DNA from: Vulcanimicrobiota bacterium
GTDB taxonomy: Bacteria; Vulcanimicrobiota; Vulcanimicrobiia; Eremiobacterales; Eremiobacteraceae
Direction: 5' to 3'
Length of the DNA stretch: 64,000 bases
Assembly (NCBI GenBank): GCA_963805945.1
Contig: CAWDVP010000002.1
Coordinates: 160,001-224,000, forward strand
The position numbers were made by a program, and so were the translations under genes. Of this stretch, positions 61,357 to 64,000 are shown piece by piece (position 1 is the first letter of the stretch; each line of letters starts with the position of its first letter). The notes beneath the pieces were generated by a model that did no database searches, was not told the DNA's origin, and saw only the letters and a program-made list of their open reading frames with translations.

Positions 61357-61387
61357 ACTTTGTACCACAAAGTCATGCGGAATGCAA
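61357..61387 (-). promoter_or_regulatory. Sigma70 promoter overlapped by a perfect inverted repeat (putative operator)
   Basis: Minus strand TTGCAT-N17-TACAAA with TGn extension; ACTTTGT-ACC-ACAAAGT at 61357..61373. Confidence 0.75.
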
Positions 61388-61404
61388 CCAATTTGGTCTG
61401 AGAT

Positions 61405-62559
61405 TCAGTGGTGGGCGTGCGCGTGCTCTGATCCCGTCCGGTTCGCCCACCAGATGAGCGCCAGCACCCCCGCCACGAAGATGATATTGAGCACGGCGGT
61501 GTAGTCGAATTTGAGCTGCTCGACCTGCATGAGCAGGTCGCCCGTCGCCACCGGGATGTTGCCCGTCCAGGCGAAGGCCAACTCGACCACGAGGCCCGCG
61601 ATCACCATCGAGAGATAGAATACGCCGGTCATCGACAGCGCGAGTTTCCAGCCGTAGTACTTGCGGTATATGTCGATGAGCGGCAGCACGATGAGATCGG
61701 CGTATAGGAACGCGACGACGCCGCCGAAGCTCGCGCCGCCGTGCCACAGGACCGCAGCCAGCGGCACGTTGCCGATCGAGCACACGAAGCTCAAGATGGC
61801 GATGATCGGTCCGACGAGCGCGTTTTCGATGGTGCGCCAGAGCGGCGGCGCGTTGGTCACGAACAGATGGCCCCACCATGCGTCCGGGATCGCCACCGCG
61901 AGAAAGCCCGCTATGATGAAACCTAGGATGAGGTCGTTGCGCAACATCGACCAGTCCATCTGGAAGTAGTGCGCGACGTAGCGCCAGCCTTCGGGCGAGC
62001 GCAGCTTCTCCCCGAATGTGTTGCCGGGCGTGAGCATGTCGCCGTGATCGTGCTCGTGCTCGCCGTCCGCCTCTTCCACATGCGCCCGGCCTTCTTCGAT
62101 GACGCGCTTCGAGAGCAGCAGCCGCGCGAGCAGCACGAAGACCGCGATGAGGACAAAACCGCCGATCCACTCGGCCGCGACGAACGGCCAGCCCATGAGG
62201 CGCCACAGCACCAATCCCAGCTCGATGACGAGATTGGTCGAGGCGAACATGAAGACCATCGCGGTCGTGAATGCGGCGCCGCGCTTGAAGATCGATTTAG
62301 CCGTCGCGGCAGCCGCATAGCTGCACGAGGAGCTCGCCGCGCCCAGTCCCGTGGCGATCGCGATCTCGCGCAGACCCACTCGGCCCAGCAAGCGCGACAG
62401 GCCGTCCTTAGGGACGTATGCCTGGACCATCGCCGACGCGAGGAAGCCCAGCAGCAGCGACCACAGCACCACCCAGAACATCGCCGCGGACGCAAGCAGC
62501 CAGTGCCAGACGAACAGCACCGGGCCGGAAAGCGCGCCGAGCGCGGCGGTGGTCGACAT
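61405..62559 (-). CDS. DUF318/ArsP-family permease
   Basis: ASSSCSYAA, FASTNLVIE, His-rich loop EHEHDHGD, SFVCSIGNVP. Confidence 0.85.
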   Translation of the reverse strand: MSTTAALGALSGPVLFVWHWLLASAAMFWVVLWSLLLGFLASAMVQAYVPKDGLSRLLGRVGLREIAIATGLGAASSSCSYAAAATAKSIFKRGAAFTTAMVFMFASTNLVIELGLVLWRLMGWPFVAAEWIGGFVLIAVFVLLARLLLSKRVIEEGRAHVEEADGEHEHDHGDMLTPGNTFGEKLRSPEGWRYVAHYFQMDWSMLRNDLILGFIIAGFLAVAIPDAWWGHLFVTNAPPLWRTIENALVGPIIAILSFVCSIGNVPLAAVLWHGGASFGGVVAFLYADLIVLPLIDIYRKYYGWKLALSMTGVFYLSMVIAGLVVELAFAWTGNIPVATGDLLMQVEQLKFDYTAVLNIIFVAGVLALIWWANRTGSEHAHAHH

Positions 62560-62759
62560 TTGGCTAGTCCCTCTCCTTGGGGCGCGGCAAAACGCTGGAC
62601 AAGTGCACGGATTAGCCGGCCGTGCCGCAAGCGTATAGTAGGAGCAGACCGCGTTTTCTTGCTGCCGCGCGCTTCACCCGCCGAGAGGGCCTGCGAGGGC
62701 TGTACCGGCAGCGCGCGGAAAGCGTGGAAAAGTCGACATCGAGAGGAGACGCTGCGCAC

Positions 62760-63731
62760 ATGGACCTCGAGAAGCTCATCATCTACCGGGGCGGCAGTTT
62801 CGTGCCGTACGGGCAAGCCAAGGTCGGCGTTCTCACGCACGGCCTTAATTATGGCACCGGCTGTTTTGAGGGCATACGAGGCTACTGGAACGCGACGGCG
62901 GGCCAGCTCTACTTCTTCCGCCTGCTCGAGCACTACGAGCGGCTCGCGGCGTCTGCCAAGTTTCTGCTCATCGATCTCCCCGAGTCGGCGGAGAAGCTGT
63001 GCGCGCGCACGGCCGAACTGGCGCGGCGCAACGACTTGCATCAGGATCTGTACGTCCGGCCGCTCGCGTATAAGAGCGCCGAAGAGATCGGCGTGCGCCT
63101 GCACAAGGTCGATGACGAGTTCACCATCACCGCGGTGCCGCACAAGGCCTACTTCGACGCTTCCCAGGGCCTGCGCACGTGCGTCTCCTCGTGGCGGCGC
63201 ATCGACGACAACGTCGCGCCGGCACGCGCCAAGCTGACCGGCATCTACATCAATTCAGCGCTCGCCAAGACCGAAGCGGTGAGCAACGGCTTCGACGAAG
63301 CGATTATGCTCAACGGCGAAGGTCATGTGGCCGAAGGTAGCGCGCAGAACATCTTCATCGTGCGCGGCGGTGTTGCGATCACCCCGCCTGTGAGCGACGG
63401 CATCCTCGAAGGTATCACCCGGCGGACGATCATGGACTTGTGCAAGAGCGAGCTCGGCATCGAAGTCGTCGAACGTTCGGTCGACCGCAGCGAACTTTAT
63501 GTGGCAGACGAGATATTCTTGGCCGGCACGGCCGTCGAAGTGGCGCCTGTCGTCGAGGTGGACCACCGCCCGGTCGGCGGCGGCAAGGTCGGGCCTAAGT
63601 CAGCGGCGCTAAGGGATTTGTACCGAAAAGCCACGCTCGGCGAGCTCAAAGGCTACCGCCATTGGCTCACCCCGACCTACGATGTGGCGTCAACGCCTCG
63701 AATCCACCAGGCGGAAAAGGCAGCTTCTTAG
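62760..63731 (+). CDS. ilvE: Branched-chain amino-acid aminotransferase
   Basis: LNYGTGCFEGIR, AKLTGIY, EGSAQNIF, LEGITR, AGTAVEV; GAGGAG RBS. Confidence 0.95.
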   Translation: MDLEKLIIYRGGSFVPYGQAKVGVLTHGLNYGTGCFEGIRGYWNATAGQLYFFRLLEHYERLAASAKFLLIDLPESAEKLCARTAELARRNDLHQDLYVRPLAYKSAEEIGVRLHKVDDEFTITAVPHKAYFDASQGLRTCVSSWRRIDDNVAPARAKLTGIYINSALAKTEAVSNGFDEAIMLNGEGHVAEGSAQNIFIVRGGVAITPPVSDGILEGITRRTIMDLCKSELGIEVVERSVDRSELYVADEIFLAGTAVEVAPVVEVDHRPVGGGKVGPKSAALRDLYRKATLGELKGYRHWLTPTYDVASTPRIHQAEKAAS

Positions 63732-63750
63732 GGAATTCGCGACTTCTGCA

Positions 63751-63799
63751 TTGCGGGAGCGGGCAAGCACGCCGTATAATTGGTGTGACCGGCGTCACA
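63751..63799 (+). promoter_or_regulatory. Sigma70-like promoter followed by a CRP/FNR-family box
   Basis: TTGCGG-N18-TATAAT (63775..63780), then TGTGA-CCGGCG-TCACA (63784..63799). Confidence 0.6.
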
Positions 63800-64000
63800 T
63801 TGTGGCGTCGAAACCAATTGAATGCCCATTGTTGGCCCGGATCTTGAGCTGAAATGTTTGGTAGAACATAGCCAAGAGACGGTTCGCAGTGGTATCGTCA
63901 ACAGCACTTGGGGGGCTGATTCCACATCTTCAGCCTTAGTTAGCAAACAAAATGCGACCGCACCGCCTGGCAGTGGCGGTGCGATCTAAGGCGTTGTGGC

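Noticed and set aside
63728..63946. 72-aa minus-strand ORF
   Set aside because: It has no RBS, motif or host codon bias, and it overlaps promoter-like signals on the plus strand.

Overview
High-GC bacterial chromosomal window, densely coding and mostly housekeeping. Gene style and the many Pro/Thr-linker secreted proteins suggest a soil lineage such as Eremiobacterota/Vulcanimicrobiota; this is an inference, not tested. In order, it contains: the 5' part of uvrB; prs-rplY-pth-DUF2252; pyrK-pyrD-pyrF-pyrE; SIMPL and thpR; an OmpR/histidine kinase pair; secreted proteins; tRNA-Ala(CGC); rhomboid, VOC and aldo-keto reductase; a YciI plus ECF42-type sigma pair; patatin; ccdA, bolA-grxD; a CHASE3-PP2C phosphatase; coxD/E/F-like maturation genes; a DUF1858-Mrp fusion; livKHMGF; a family-B DNA polymerase; an M42 peptidase; NAPRTase; PolX-PHP; a Rieske oxygenase; dacB; a membrane protein-wHTH-uppS operon; and ilvE. 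I found no CRISPR array, integrase or transposase. Signals beyond the ORF track: (i) two related families of REP-like palindromes (9 copies, one inverted doublet); (ii) a 37-aa Lys/Arg-rich histone/protamine-like micro-ORF and two other unlisted micro-ORFs; (iii) a perfect operator palindrome lying over the sigma70 promoter of the membrane-wHTH-uppS operon; (iv) an Mrp that has lost its C-terminal CxxC but carries an N-terminal CxxC domain; (v) a perfect CRP-type box at the window end; (vi) about 13 genes after ~26 kb broken by 1-nt indels, most likely sequencing errors. All family assignments come from motif recognition; no database search was run.
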